Assembly: GCA_047622605.1 (NCBI GenBank)
Contig: JBLHND010000001.1
Location: 1-51,909, forward strand
Direction of reading: 5' to 3'
Source: Motiliproteus sp.
GTDB lineage: Bacteria; Pseudomonadota; Gammaproteobacteria; Pseudomonadales; Balneatricaceae
Length of the DNA stretch: 51,909 nucleotides
Shown here: positions 1-9,361 of the stretch, in pieces
Layout: every line of letters begins with the position of its first letter
Numbering within the stretch: position 1 is the first letter of the stretch
Translations under genes and position numbers: made by a program
Notes under the pieces: generated by a model
What the model was told of the DNA's origin: nothing
What the model saw: the letters and a program-made list of their open reading frames with translations, nothing else
Databases searched by the model: none

Positions 1-27
1 TGCGTTTTATCTGAATGCAGCGCGGTT

Positions 28-122
28 CTTTTTTTTCTGGTATATGAAGGTGATGCTATGCGGGACTGGCGTTGGCCCTGATGGGCTATGTGGCGGGTGC
101 CGCGTTCTACCTGTTCGTTTAA
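28..122 (+). pseudogene. Possible frameshifted remnant of a membrane-protein C-terminus (NhaD-like Na+/H+ antiporter tail)
   Basis: One frame reads FFWYMKVM and another reads AGLALALMGYVAGAAFYLFV* (TAA 120-122). Together they resemble the FxWYxK...LALxGYxAG end of NhaD-type antiporters, but no single frame is open. The feature is at the window edge. Confidence 0.25.
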
Positions 123-149
123 TCGCAGCGCTGTGGTGAGTTAGCTTTT

Positions 150-235
150 TGTGGGTTGGACTTTAGTCCGACAAGGCTGGCATGCTGTCGCCATCGTCAG
201 GGTGAAGCCTAACCTACAAAAAAACCAACCCACAA
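150..235. repeat. GTAG-class REP/REPIN-like inverted pair
   Basis: TGTGGGTTGGACTTTAGTCCGACA (150-173) faces CGTCAGGGTGAAGCCTAACCTACA (195-218). Related units occur at about 22.9-23.0 kb, 36.1 kb and 47.7 kb. Confidence 0.65.
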
Positions 236-257
236 GAGGGTTGGCTCCCACAGGATC

Positions 258-737
258 TTAGGCGGGGCGGCGCAGTGCAATACTGCGGCCGGCCAGCACC
301 GGGAAAGGCAGGCTCGCATGGGCTTGCTGAATCTCGTCTACTCGACCCTGAGTCTCGGGTAACAACGGCGCCGCTCTGTGAGAGGTCATATCCATGTGTA
401 ACAGCAAGGATTCCATCGCGGCAAGCTCCTTTCCGGTGTCTGCATGCAGCATCCTGATGAATACCCGTAGTTTCTTGCTATCGCTTTCCAGCAGCTGGAT
501 GTCAACCCTCAGGGGTTCTCCCTCACCGACTTCTTGAAGGTAGTGCACCATGCTCTGCAGTGTATAAATAGAGACCTGGCGTTGGGCTCTAAAGGTTTCA
601 TTGAGCCCCAGACGTAGCATGAATTCATCTATCGCCTTGCTAAAAACGACGACGTAGCAGGCATCGTTCATATGTCCGTTGTAATCGATCCAGTCGGAAC
701 TTACCGGCCCTTCAAATACCACTATTCTTGTTGTCAT
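258..737 (-). CDS. cdhB: Hot-dog-fold acyl-CoA thioesterase, CdhB-like (betainyl-CoA thioesterase of carnitine catabolism)
   Basis: Carries the WIDYNGHMNDACY 4HBT-type motif and lies next to carnitine dehydrogenase/BKACE genes. Start moved to ATG 737, which follows a GAGGA RBS. Confidence 0.75.
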   Translation of the reverse strand: MTTRIVVFEGPVSSDWIDYNGHMNDACYVVVFSKAIDEFMLRLGLNETFRAQRQVSIYTLQSMVHYLQEVGEGEPLRVDIQLLESDSKKLRVFIRMLHADTGKELAAMESLLLHMDMTSHRAAPLLPETQGRVDEIQQAHASLPFPVLAGRSIALRRPA

Positions 738-822
738 TCTGTTGTCCTCGCTGAGTGCATCACGCAGGGTGCCCGCGGGCGTTACCCTCATAGTTACATA
801 GTAAGTAACGAACGGGCTCCCT

Positions 823-860
823 ATTTGACATAAGTCGCCTATTAACTGTTAAATATCGAC
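823..860 (-). promoter_or_regulatory. Putative CdhR (AraC) tandem half-sites at the cdhB promoter
   Basis: The minus strand has gTCGatatttaaCAgtt and gGCGacttatgtCAaat 21 bp apart, then TACTAT. The layout matches 2069-2106. Confidence 0.45.
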
Positions 861-871
861 AGAATATCGGC

Positions 872-895
872 AGCGTAAGCGTAAGCGTGAGCGTT
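872..895 (+). repeat. Imperfect 6-bp tandem repeat (AGCGTA)x4 upstream of the cdhR RBS
   Basis: agcgta agcgta agcgtg agcgtt. Confidence 0.8.
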
Positions 896-917
896 AGTAC
901 CACCAGGAGTGTTGGTT

Positions 918-1874
918 ATGTTTGGAGATCGTCCGCAAAAATACCCCCAGAAAATCTCTTTTCTATTGGTGCCCGGTTTCTCATTATTCGGTCTGGCATC
1001 CATGCTTGATCCCCTTCGGCATGCCAACCGGGCCAGCGAATACGAACTTTACCAGTGGGAACTTATATCCGAAGAGGGCGGCCTGGTTCTCAGTAGTGAC
1101 GCTATTGAAATCATGAGTAATGCCAGCCTGCGTGAGGCCGATAAATGCGATACCCTGATTATCTGTGCCGGTTATAGCCCTCACGAACAACTCACCCATG
1201 CATTAATCAGTTTTATTCGCAAACAGGCAAGCCATGGTGCCGATATTGGCTGTCAGGATACCGCCACTCTGATTGCAGCGGCTGCGGGTGTCCTTAATGG
1301 CTATCGTGCGACCATGCATTGGGAAAACCTGCAAAGCACCGCAGAAACCTACCCTAGCGTACAGCTGGTACAGGAGCTGCTGGTCATCGACCGTAACCGA
1401 TTTTCCTGCCCTGGCGCGCTTTCCGGTCTGGATATGATGCTGCACCTGATCAGCACTCAGCATGGGAGCGGTCTGGCCACCGAAGTCGCGGATGAATTAG
1501 TGTATACCCACAAACGCGAGCATGGTGATCCACAACGCATATCCCTGCAACAGCGCCTCGAATGCCGCAATCCAAACCTGGTAGGCGCGGTTCATCTGAT
1601 GGAACGAACTATAGAGGAGCCGCTTAGTATTCCTGAAGTGGCGGAGCATATAGGGATCTCTGATCGTGAGCTGGAGCGCCTCTTTAAGCACTATCTACAA
1701 GAAACGCCGAGTGCTTTTTATCGTAAAATCCGTCTGGATCATGCGCGCTGGATGCTGCAACAAACCACCGGCAGTGTGACCCGGGTGTCGGTAGCCTGTG
1801 GTTTTGCCTCACTGTCCCATTTCACCCGTTGTTATCAGCAGCGTTTTAATAAGAAACCGAGTCAGGAACGTTGA
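918..1874 (+). CDS. cdhR: GlxA/GATase1-AraC family transcriptional regulator, CdhR-like
   Basis: N-terminal DJ-1/GATase-like domain and C-terminal AraC HTH (SVACGFASLSHFTRCY). AGGAG RBS precedes ATG 918. Sits in the carnitine cluster. Confidence 0.8.
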   Translation: MFGDRPQKYPQKISFLLVPGFSLFGLASMLDPLRHANRASEYELYQWELISEEGGLVLSSDAIEIMSNASLREADKCDTLIICAGYSPHEQLTHALISFIRKQASHGADIGCQDTATLIAAAAGVLNGYRATMHWENLQSTAETYPSVQLVQELLVIDRNRFSCPGALSGLDMMLHLISTQHGSGLATEVADELVYTHKREHGDPQRISLQQRLECRNPNLVGAVHLMERTIEEPLSIPEVAEHIGISDRELERLFKHYLQETPSAFYRKIRLDHARWMLQQTTGSVTRVSVACGFASLSHFTRCYQQRFNKKPSQER

Positions 1875-2068
1875 GGTCGCCCCCGTGTTTCCTGATTACC
1901 GGGCCGTCGCTGAGGCCTGAATGCTGACGGATCGGCCGATCTCTCTGCGCTCCACATAGAGGCTGGCATAAGCCAGCTCTCATCTAAAACTTGATTTTCA
2001 TCGGGGGTTCATTTCACCCTATCAAAAAAAATACAGTAGCACGCTAGCGCCTATTTATCGGCAAATGC

Positions 2069-2130
2069 ATCGTAAAATATCAATATATAGTCGATTTTAA
2101 TCAATAGCCTGCGTTTTATACCTGTAGATT
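2069..2130 (+). promoter_or_regulatory. Putative CdhR tandem half-sites and -10 element of the cdhCA promoter
   Basis: aTCGtaaaatATCAATA (2069-2085) and gTCGattttaATCAATA (2090-2106) have a 21-bp period typical of AraC sites. TAGATT at 2125-2130. Confidence 0.5.
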
Positions 2131-2212
2131 AGTTAGCAACTCAACGTCAGGAGCCAGCTTGGCTGCCAACCTGCCCCGTCATTCCACCTAATAATTATGA
2201 GTCACAATCGCT

Positions 2213-3103
2213 ATGAATCAAGATGTAATCATCACCTGCGCCGTCAATGGCGCGGGCGACACGGCCAACAAAAGCCCCCATGTTCCGGTCACGCCGGAAG
2301 AGATTGCCAACTCGGCAATTGAAGCCTGGAATGCCGGTGCCGCGATTGCCCATATTCACGTTCGCGAGCCGGATACCAAGCAGGGCTCACGCCGGGTAGA
2401 ACTCTACGCCGAAGTTTGTGAGCGTCTGCGGGCTTCAGACTGCGACATTATCATCAACCTGACCGCCGGTATGGGGGGGGATCTGTATATAGGCCCGGAC
2501 GAAGATCCCCGCGCTTTTTGTAAAGAAACCGACCTGGTCGGTGCCACGGAACGCCTGATTCACATCGAAGCACTCAAGCCGGAGATCTGCACGCTCGATT
2601 GCGGCTCGGTCAACTTCGGTGACAGCAACCTGGTTTATATCTCGACGCCGGAAATGCTGCGTAAAGCAGCTGCGCGTATCAAGGAACTCGATGTCACGGT
2701 CGAGTTAGAAATATTCGATACGGGTAACCTCGCGTTTGCCCTGCAGATGATGAAAGAGGGCTTGCTGGATGACAATGCCATGTTCCAGCTCTGCCAAGGC
2801 ATCCCCTGGGGGACGCCAGCAGAATTGAGCCTGTTAAAAGCCATGGTGGATATGCTGCCAGCAAAGACTAATTGGACGGCATTTGCCTTGGGTCGCAATC
2901 AGCTGCCCTGGGTGGCGCAATCGGCGCTCCTGGGTGGCCATGCGCGCGTCGGCTTGGAAGATAATCTTTACCTGAGCAAGGGTCAGTTGGCGACCAACGG
3001 CCAGCTGGTTGAGCGAGCCGTCAATATCATCGAGAACATGGGGTCACGCATTATGAGCCCGACCCAGGCTCGTGAAAAGTTGCGGCTGCGCGGCACTCAG
3101 TAA
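2213..3103 (+). CDS. cdhC: Beta-keto acid cleavage enzyme (BKACE/DUF849), 3-dehydrocarnitine cleavage enzyme
   Basis: IITCAVNGAG, AHIHVR and RVGLEDNLY motifs; directly upstream of carnitine dehydrogenase. Confidence 0.85.
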   Translation: MNQDVIITCAVNGAGDTANKSPHVPVTPEEIANSAIEAWNAGAAIAHIHVREPDTKQGSRRVELYAEVCERLRASDCDIIINLTAGMGGDLYIGPDEDPRAFCKETDLVGATERLIHIEALKPEICTLDCGSVNFGDSNLVYISTPEMLRKAAARIKELDVTVELEIFDTGNLAFALQMMKEGLLDDNAMFQLCQGIPWGTPAELSLLKAMVDMLPAKTNWTAFALGRNQLPWVAQSALLGGHARVGLEDNLYLSKGQLATNGQLVERAVNIIENMGSRIMSPTQAREKLRLRGTQ

Positions 3104-3110
3104 CACCCGA

Positions 3111-3146
3111 GAACTAAGAACTAAGAACTAAGAACTAAGAACTAAG
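3111..3146 (+). repeat. Perfect 7-bp tandem repeat (GAACTAA)x5 between cdhC and the cdhA RBS
   Basis: Read directly from the sequence. Confidence 0.95.
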
Positions 3147-3161
3147 CACAGAGGACTGATC

Positions 3162-4130
3162 ATGACCCGACCCAATCCAAATGAAGTAACTAAAGTCGGC
3201 GTACTAGGTACCGGCGTAATCGGTGGCGCCTGGGCGCTGCATTTCCTACGCATGGGCATGGACGTTATGGCCTATGATCTGGGCCCCGACGCTCGAGAGA
3301 AACTGTTGGCGATGGTCGAGCAGATCTGGCCGACCATCGAAAAGCTAGGCCTGCGAGCAGGGGCTAGCAAGCAGCGTCTGAGCTTTGCCGCTAGCCTGGA
3401 AGAACTGGTGAACTCTGTTGAGGTGATCCAGGAGAGTACCCCGGAAAATCTTGAGTCGAAACGGGCCCTGTTTGCTGAATTAGACCGGATAACGCCGCCG
3501 GAAGTCGTCATCATCTCCAGTACCTCCGGCTTTGCGATGTCCGACATGGCCGTCAATCTGGAGCGCCAGGCAGACCGGTTTGTCGTAGGCCATCCCTTTA
3601 ATCCGCCTTATCTGGTGCCCTTTTGCGAGGTCTGCGGCGGCGAGCGTACCAGTCAGGACGTCGTCGACTGGACCGCTGCATTTTACGAAGCAACCGAGAA
3701 AAAAGTTGCCAAGATGAACAAGGAGTTACCCGGCTTTATCGGCAACCGTCTGCAGGAAGCGCTCTGGCGTGAAGCCCTGCATATGGTCGCCAATAATGAA
3801 TGTTCGGTCGAAGATATCGACAAAGCGATCACCTACGGCCCCGGACTGCGCTGGGCCATCATGGGCCACTGCCTGACCTTTCATCTGGGAGGAGGCCAGG
3901 GAGGCATGGCGCATCTGTTGGATCATTTCGAAGATTCTCTTAAAGAACCCTGGACTCGTCTAGATGCACCTGAACTCACGCAGCAACTCAAGGATGACAT
4001 GGTTGCGGGCTGTCTGACCCAGGCTAACGGGGCGTCTATCAACGATCTGGTTCAGGAACGAGATGATTGCCTGATCCTCATCATGCAGGCCCTTAAAGGG
4101 TATCGGGAAGAAAAAGGTATTAACCGTTGA
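3162..4130 (+). CDS. cdhA: L-carnitine 3-dehydrogenase (3-hydroxyacyl-CoA dehydrogenase family)
   Basis: Rossmann GTGVIG, SSTSG, GHPFNPPYL, GFIGNRLQEALWRE and GPGLRW motifs; BKACE neighbour. Confidence 0.85.
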   Translation: MTRPNPNEVTKVGVLGTGVIGGAWALHFLRMGMDVMAYDLGPDAREKLLAMVEQIWPTIEKLGLRAGASKQRLSFAASLEELVNSVEVIQESTPENLESKRALFAELDRITPPEVVIISSTSGFAMSDMAVNLERQADRFVVGHPFNPPYLVPFCEVCGGERTSQDVVDWTAAFYEATEKKVAKMNKELPGFIGNRLQEALWREALHMVANNECSVEDIDKAITYGPGLRWAIMGHCLTFHLGGGQGGMAHLLDHFEDSLKEPWTRLDAPELTQQLKDDMVAGCLTQANGASINDLVQERDDCLILIMQALKGYREEKGINR

Positions 4131-4459
4131 TACCTTATATCGCCCTGCTTAGACTCCCGACGAGTCTGATCACGCTGCTGCCCAGTCATTAACAGTAGTA
4201 CCTAGGGATAAGGTAACTATTCAGCACATTTGTTTTTGCTATTTGATTGATTGTGGAATGTTTGTGGAATTTTTGTGGACAGAGTCTCCTTGGCAAGGAA
4301 GCCAAAGCGCAGCCTGCATGGATGTATTTACGGCGTCTCTTGGAAAAAATACTCCATAGTTTCAAGTCGATGCATGTACTGAATAGTTACGGGATAATAA
4401 TAAATAACCGACCGGCGATCGCTAAGCATTACGCAGGTCGGTTTAAACTTGTGAGCGCC

Positions 4460-5542
4460 ATGATTAAAAAAACTTCAGCGAAACCCGCGATTGAATGCCG
4501 TAATGTCTGGAAGATTTTCGGTAAACGCGCCGATGAGGCGCTCGCCGCCGTTAAATCCCGCGGCCTGAGCAAAGAACAGGTGTTCAACGAATATAACTGC
4601 GTGGTCGCTGTGGCCGACGCGTCCTTCCACGCCGACGAGGGTGAGATTTTCTGCATTATGGGCCTGTCCGGTAGCGGAAAATCGACCCTGGTACGCCATA
4701 TTAATCGCCTGATTGAACCGACCGCCGGTGATATCCTGATCGGCGATGAAGATATCAATGCGTTAAATGCCGAACAACTGCGTCAGATTCGGGCGGAGAA
4801 GATCGGTATGGTTTTTCAGCACACGGCCCTGCTACCGCATCGTACCGTGCGGGAAAATGTGGCACTGAGCCTTGAATTACGTAACGTCGATGAGCAGAAA
4901 CGCCTTAAGATCGCCGAACAAAAATTAGCGCTGGTACAGCTCGACGGCTGGGAAGATCGACTCCCTTCAGAGCTTTCTGGTGGCATGCAACAACGTGTCG
5001 GCTTGGCACGCGCCATGGCGGCCGATCCGGCGATTCTGCTGATGGACGAACCCTTCAGTGCCTTAGACCCCCTGATTCGTCGCCAGTTGCAGGACCAGTT
5101 CCTGGAGCTATCGCGTACGATGAAGAAGACCACCCTGTTTATCACCCATGATCTAGATGAAGCGATGCGTCTTGGCCATCGCATCGCGATCATGAAGGAC
5201 GGTGAGATCGTCCAGATAGGGACTCCCGAAGAGATTATCACCAAGCCGGCCAACGATTATGTGGCCGACTTCGTTAAGGATATCTCCCGGTTGAAGTTGG
5301 TATTCGCCCATACCGTGATGCAACCCTTAGCGCACTATCTCAAGGAGCAGAGTCTCCAAGAGCAGGATCTGGATATGAGTGGTTGGCCTACCGCGCCCCA
5401 TGATGCGGATCTGGATCATTTGATCGACCTGGCGGTCATCCATGAGGAACCTATCCTAGTGCTGGAAAACGACACGCCGGTCGGGGTCGTCACCAAGCAT
5501 CAGCTGCTTCGCGGTATTCAAGGGGGAAAAAACGATGAGTAA
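4460..5542 (+). CDS. Quaternary-amine ABC transporter ATPase (ProV/OpuAA family)
   Basis: GLSGSGKS, LSGGMQQRVGLARA and DEPFSALDPLIRR motifs. Start reassigned to ATG 4460 because the upstream ORF extension has no homology signal. Confidence 0.9.
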   Translation: MIKKTSAKPAIECRNVWKIFGKRADEALAAVKSRGLSKEQVFNEYNCVVAVADASFHADEGEIFCIMGLSGSGKSTLVRHINRLIEPTAGDILIGDEDINALNAEQLRQIRAEKIGMVFQHTALLPHRTVRENVALSLELRNVDEQKRLKIAEQKLALVQLDGWEDRLPSELSGGMQQRVGLARAMAADPAILLMDEPFSALDPLIRRQLQDQFLELSRTMKKTTLFITHDLDEAMRLGHRIAIMKDGEIVQIGTPEEIITKPANDYVADFVKDISRLKLVFAHTVMQPLAHYLKEQSLQEQDLDMSGWPTAPHDADLDHLIDLAVIHEEPILVLENDTPVGVVTKHQLLRGIQGGKNDE

Positions 5543-6869
5543 TGGGCTAAAGCAACCGCTAGATAACCGTGAGACGGAGCAGCTGAAGAGCTTTCTGGTG
5601 AGCTCCACCGACTATTATCTGCACCAGTTTGAACAGATCGCTCAGGGGAAGAAGTACAGCCTCAATCTTGCGGCTTTAGTGTTCGGTCCACTCTGGGCGG
5701 CAAGCCGCAACATCTGGCTGCTGTTCTGGTTACTCGCGGTGACCGATATAACGGCGTTAATCATCATCGCCCGCAGCCTGTGGGGCACTGAACTCTATCC
5801 CGAAGCCAGTCTCGCCCTGGGGGTCGGTCTGCTGTTGCTGTTCCGCAGTGTCGGTGGTTATGTCGCCAACAGCCTCTACTATGACTACTTCAACAAATGG
5901 CGTATCAATCAGGAGAAACCTCGCGGTATCAGTCTCAACCGGGGAGTTATAGGCATCGCGTTGATGCTAGCTACCTACCCCCTGACTATCTATCGTTTCA
6001 GCGCCAGTCAGGTGGTCGATTTTCTGCAGACTTTTCCCACCTCTCGTAGGATCGCCTCCGATACCGCCCATGGGATAGATGCAACCGTCGAGTGGTTGAC
6101 GATCAACTTCGAAGGGCTCTTCGAGTCCATTACCTGGGCAATCCGGGGGATGCTGGACTTCCTGGAACTGTTGTTTGTCGGCACGCCCTGGCCGGTCATG
6201 GCGTTACTGCTGTTGTTATTGGCCTGGAAAGCGGCAGGCTGGCGGGTGGTGCTCTTTACCGCCGTCGCCCTGGCCTATATTGGCTTCTTCGGTTTCTGGG
6301 ATAAGGCCATGAGTACCATGGCGCTGGTCGGTGCCTCGGTCTTTATCTGCATTATGATAGGCACGCCCCTGGGGGTCTTTGCCGCCAGGAGTCCGCGTTT
6401 CAATGCGATCTTGAGTCCGGTTCTGGACCTGATGCAGACCATGCCGAGCTTTGTCTATCTGATTCCGGCGATCGCCTTCTTTTCTGTCGGTAAGCCGCCG
6501 GCGGTTATTGCCACTGTAGTCTTTGCCATGCCGCCAATGATTCGCCTGACCACCCTGGGTATCCAGCAAGTGAGTCCCTCGGTGATTGAGGCCATGCTGG
6601 CCTTCGGTGCCAGCCCTCGGCAGATCCTGTTCAAGGCGCAGCTACCGCTGGCCATACCCTCGATCATGGCGGGCATCAACCAGAGCATTATGATGAGCCT
6701 GTCGATGGTGGTCGTCGCGGCCCTGATCGGCGCCGGTGGCCTGGGTTACGACGTGCTCTTCTCTCTGCAGCACCTGGACGCGGGCAAAGGACTGCTGGCG
6801 GGTCTTGCTATCGTTCTTTGCGCCATGATTCTCGACCGGATTATTCAGGGGAAGCATAAGCGCGCCTGA
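5535..6869 (+). CDS. Quaternary-amine ABC permease (ProW family) with an extra N-terminal membrane domain
   Basis: LDLMQTMPSFVYLIP and EAMLAFGAS (EAA-like) motifs. About 160 aa N-terminal extension is DUF2628-like (NLAALVFGPLW). Confidence 0.85.
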   Translation: MSNGLKQPLDNRETEQLKSFLVSSTDYYLHQFEQIAQGKKYSLNLAALVFGPLWAASRNIWLLFWLLAVTDITALIIIARSLWGTELYPEASLALGVGLLLLFRSVGGYVANSLYYDYFNKWRINQEKPRGISLNRGVIGIALMLATYPLTIYRFSASQVVDFLQTFPTSRRIASDTAHGIDATVEWLTINFEGLFESITWAIRGMLDFLELLFVGTPWPVMALLLLLLAWKAAGWRVVLFTAVALAYIGFFGFWDKAMSTMALVGASVFICIMIGTPLGVFAARSPRFNAILSPVLDLMQTMPSFVYLIPAIAFFSVGKPPAVIATVVFAMPPMIRLTTLGIQQVSPSVIEAMLAFGASPRQILFKAQLPLAIPSIMAGINQSIMMSLSMVVVAALIGAGGLGYDVLFSLQHLDAGKGLLAGLAIVLCAMILDRIIQGKHKRA

Positions 6870-6980
6870 ATAATTAAAAATAGCGAGGCGTGGCACTCGC
6901 GCTCGCTATTGAAAATAGCGTAATAAGACGGACTCACCCTGCCTTGGATGAAGGCACACTAAATAAAAAAGGATACAACA

Positions 6981-7988
6981 ATGAAGCAACTGATCAAAAC
7001 ATTAAGTCTGACCGCTGCCTTGGGGCTGGGGCTTTCTCAGGGCGTCGCCGCCAAAGAAACGATCGTTATCGGCGAGGTCAGCTGGGACGCTTCCCTGGCG
7101 ATCGAGAACGTACTCAAGAACGTGATGGAGAAACATCTGGACGTCAATGTCGAGATTATGGCGGTCAGTCAGGCGGCAATCTGGTCAGCGATGGATAATG
7201 GCAAGGGCAGCATCGACGTACACCCCGATGTCTGGACCTCATCCCAAACCGCACCCTGGGCTAAATTCGTTGCTAAGGGAGGGAAGGAGAGCGTCCTTGC
7301 TAACAAAAAACCTTATCTGGGTACCGACGGCTTCTTTATCCCCGGTTATATTCAGGATCAGTACGGGGTGAAAACTGTTGCCGATCTGGCCAAGCCTGAA
7401 ATTGCTAAACTCTTTGACAGCGATGGGGATGGCCAGGGCGAATACTGGCCTGGCGCGCCGGGCTGGTCTGGTGTGAAAATAAATCAAGTAAAAGCCAAAG
7501 GCTACGGCTTTGATAAGTACTTCACTCCGGTCATCGTCTCCGATTCCATCATTAAAGCGCAGGTGAAAACGGCCATCCGTAAAAAGGAGGGGATTCTGTT
7601 CTATTACTGGACACCGGAGTGGATCCACTCGGTCTATGACCTCAGAAAGCTGGAAGAACCTGCTTTTACCGGTTATGCCGGAGATAGCAAGAAGGGCCAT
7701 CCGCAGTATAATCCCGAGGGTTGCTACAAATTCAACGATACGGATAACTGGCTTGAAGACAGCCGCATTACATGCGGTGCACCCAGCACGGAAGTCTATA
7801 TCGCCTACTCGAAGTCACTGGAGAACAGAGCGCCCAAGGTGGCTGAGTTCCTGAGTAAGGTTAATTTGGATATTAATGATATAAGCCAGTGGATCAAAAA
7901 GATCGCCCAGGACGGTGAATATCCAGCGGAGATGGCAGAGGCCTGGGTTGAGGCTAATCCGAAGGTGGTTCAGCACTGGTTAGATTAG
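6981..7988 (+). CDS. Betaine/carnitine-type ABC substrate-binding protein (ProX/OpuAC family)
   Basis: Signal peptide plus DVHPDVW, DSDGDGQGE and FYYWTP motifs. Carnitine specificity is inferred from context only. Confidence 0.8.
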   Translation: MKQLIKTLSLTAALGLGLSQGVAAKETIVIGEVSWDASLAIENVLKNVMEKHLDVNVEIMAVSQAAIWSAMDNGKGSIDVHPDVWTSSQTAPWAKFVAKGGKESVLANKKPYLGTDGFFIPGYIQDQYGVKTVADLAKPEIAKLFDSDGDGQGEYWPGAPGWSGVKINQVKAKGYGFDKYFTPVIVSDSIIKAQVKTAIRKKEGILFYYWTPEWIHSVYDLRKLEEPAFTGYAGDSKKGHPQYNPEGCYKFNDTDNWLEDSRITCGAPSTEVYIAYSKSLENRAPKVAEFLSKVNLDINDISQWIKKIAQDGEYPAEMAEAWVEANPKVVQHWLD

Positions 7989-8026
7989 GGTATCAACTGA
8001 TAGGGGGCTTTTAGGAGTTGATCGAT

Positions 8027-9004
8027 ATGGGCAAGGCTTATCCCTTAAGTGCAGCGATGCGTTCATTCGTGCGGACTACGGAGTCCTGCTTCCCCGATGA
8101 GGTCATCGAAGCCGGAATTGAGGCTCAGCGAGAAGCCTATACGGCCATGAATCGTCTGTTCGATGTCCATCGCCCCTCGGGACTTCGGTGCCGGGATACG
8201 TTCCTTGGTATGGGAGCCTCCAAGGTTGCTGTTCGCCGCTACTGGCCCGAACGGTTGATACAGGATCAACGCATCCTGTTTATCCACGGGGGAGGGTGGT
8301 ATCTGGGTGATCTGGATAGCCACGATCATTTTGCGGGGAGTCTGGCCCATGATTGTCGATCAGAACTGATCGCCGTACATTATCGTCGAGCGCCCGAGTT
8401 TCCCTTCCCGGCAGCGCTCGATGATGTGTTTGCTGTGTATCTGGCAATGCTGGAGGAGACGCCTGCCGGGGTTCCTCCTCTGCTGGCAGGGGACAGTGCC
8501 GGTGCCAATCTGGTAGCGGCCTTAAGCCTGCGCTGTCGTGATGAAGGGGTGACGCCGGCGCTCGGTCAGGTGCTGATATACCCGGCGCTGGCCGAGCCCG
8601 GTTCGTTGCCCAGCCATCAGGATTTCTCGGACGCACCGCTGCTCAATGCAGCGGCGATCGAGTTCTGTTGGCGGATCTATGGTTGGCAATCTCTGGCGTC
8701 GATGGATTCACAACAGCGCAGCTATCTAGCCCCGCTCGCAGCCGAGAGTCTTGTTGGGCTCCCTCCGGCTCGGTTGTTTCCGGTGGCCTTCGACCCCCTT
8801 AGAGACGATGCGTATGAATACGCCAGACGGTTGAAATTAGCAGGGGTCGATGCCGATCTGACTCTGGGTGAAGGGCTTGTACATGGTTGCCTGCGCGCTA
8901 TGGGCAGCGCGCAAGAGGCCGATCGCTTCTATGATGCGATCCGCACCGCCTGTTGTGACCTGTTAGCAGGCATTAATACACCCTCGCGAGTAACGGCTGA
9001 CTGA
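8027..9004 (+). CDS. HSL-family alpha/beta hydrolase, probable acylcarnitine hydrolase (HocS-like)
   Basis: HGGGW oxyanion motif, GDSAG nucleophile, DPLRD and HG catalytic motifs. Last gene of the carnitine cluster; AGGAG RBS before ATG 8027. Confidence 0.75.
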   Translation: MGKAYPLSAAMRSFVRTTESCFPDEVIEAGIEAQREAYTAMNRLFDVHRPSGLRCRDTFLGMGASKVAVRRYWPERLIQDQRILFIHGGGWYLGDLDSHDHFAGSLAHDCRSELIAVHYRRAPEFPFPAALDDVFAVYLAMLEETPAGVPPLLAGDSAGANLVAALSLRCRDEGVTPALGQVLIYPALAEPGSLPSHQDFSDAPLLNAAAIEFCWRIYGWQSLASMDSQQRSYLAPLAAESLVGLPPARLFPVAFDPLRDDAYEYARRLKLAGVDADLTLGEGLVHGCLRAMGSAQEADRFYDAIRTACCDLLAGINTPSRVTAD

Positions 9005-9038
9005 ATGGCCGCTGTTACTACGATAGCGTTCTGTATTT

Positions 9039-9063
9039 GGCAGCGCCTCGGCGCTGCCTTTTT
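9039..9063 (+). terminator. Rho-independent terminator
   Basis: GGCAGCGCC-TC-GGCGCTGCC followed by TTTTT. Confidence 0.8.
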
Positions 9064-9361
9064 ATAGGCTGTGTCCCCAGCTTGATGAGTATTGGCTGTG
9101 TAGTGGCCTCGTCAATTTGGCCATCTAGTTAGAGGCGTTTAACGCGGCCATAGACTCCGCTGCTATTGGTCTTGCCGAGAGTGCACACTATGCTCTGGAT
9201 CTGATCGCCGCTAATGCGATTCGGCCAACGTTCGCGAAAGTCGTTGTGACAGCCCCAATGCCCAAATGGGTTCACACTGGAGCAACGCCACACCCGCTTG
9301 ACTTTTCCTCCGCTGATATTGAAGAGCTGCTTATCCCAGGTATTGCGGCCATAGCATGGTG

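Noticed and set aside
4247-4459. 71-aa N-terminal extension of the ABC ATPase (similar extensions at 10049-10189, 10237-10314 and 49366-49614)
   Set aside because: These run through promoter-like DNA from non-preferred starts and lack family similarity; downstream ATGs fit better.
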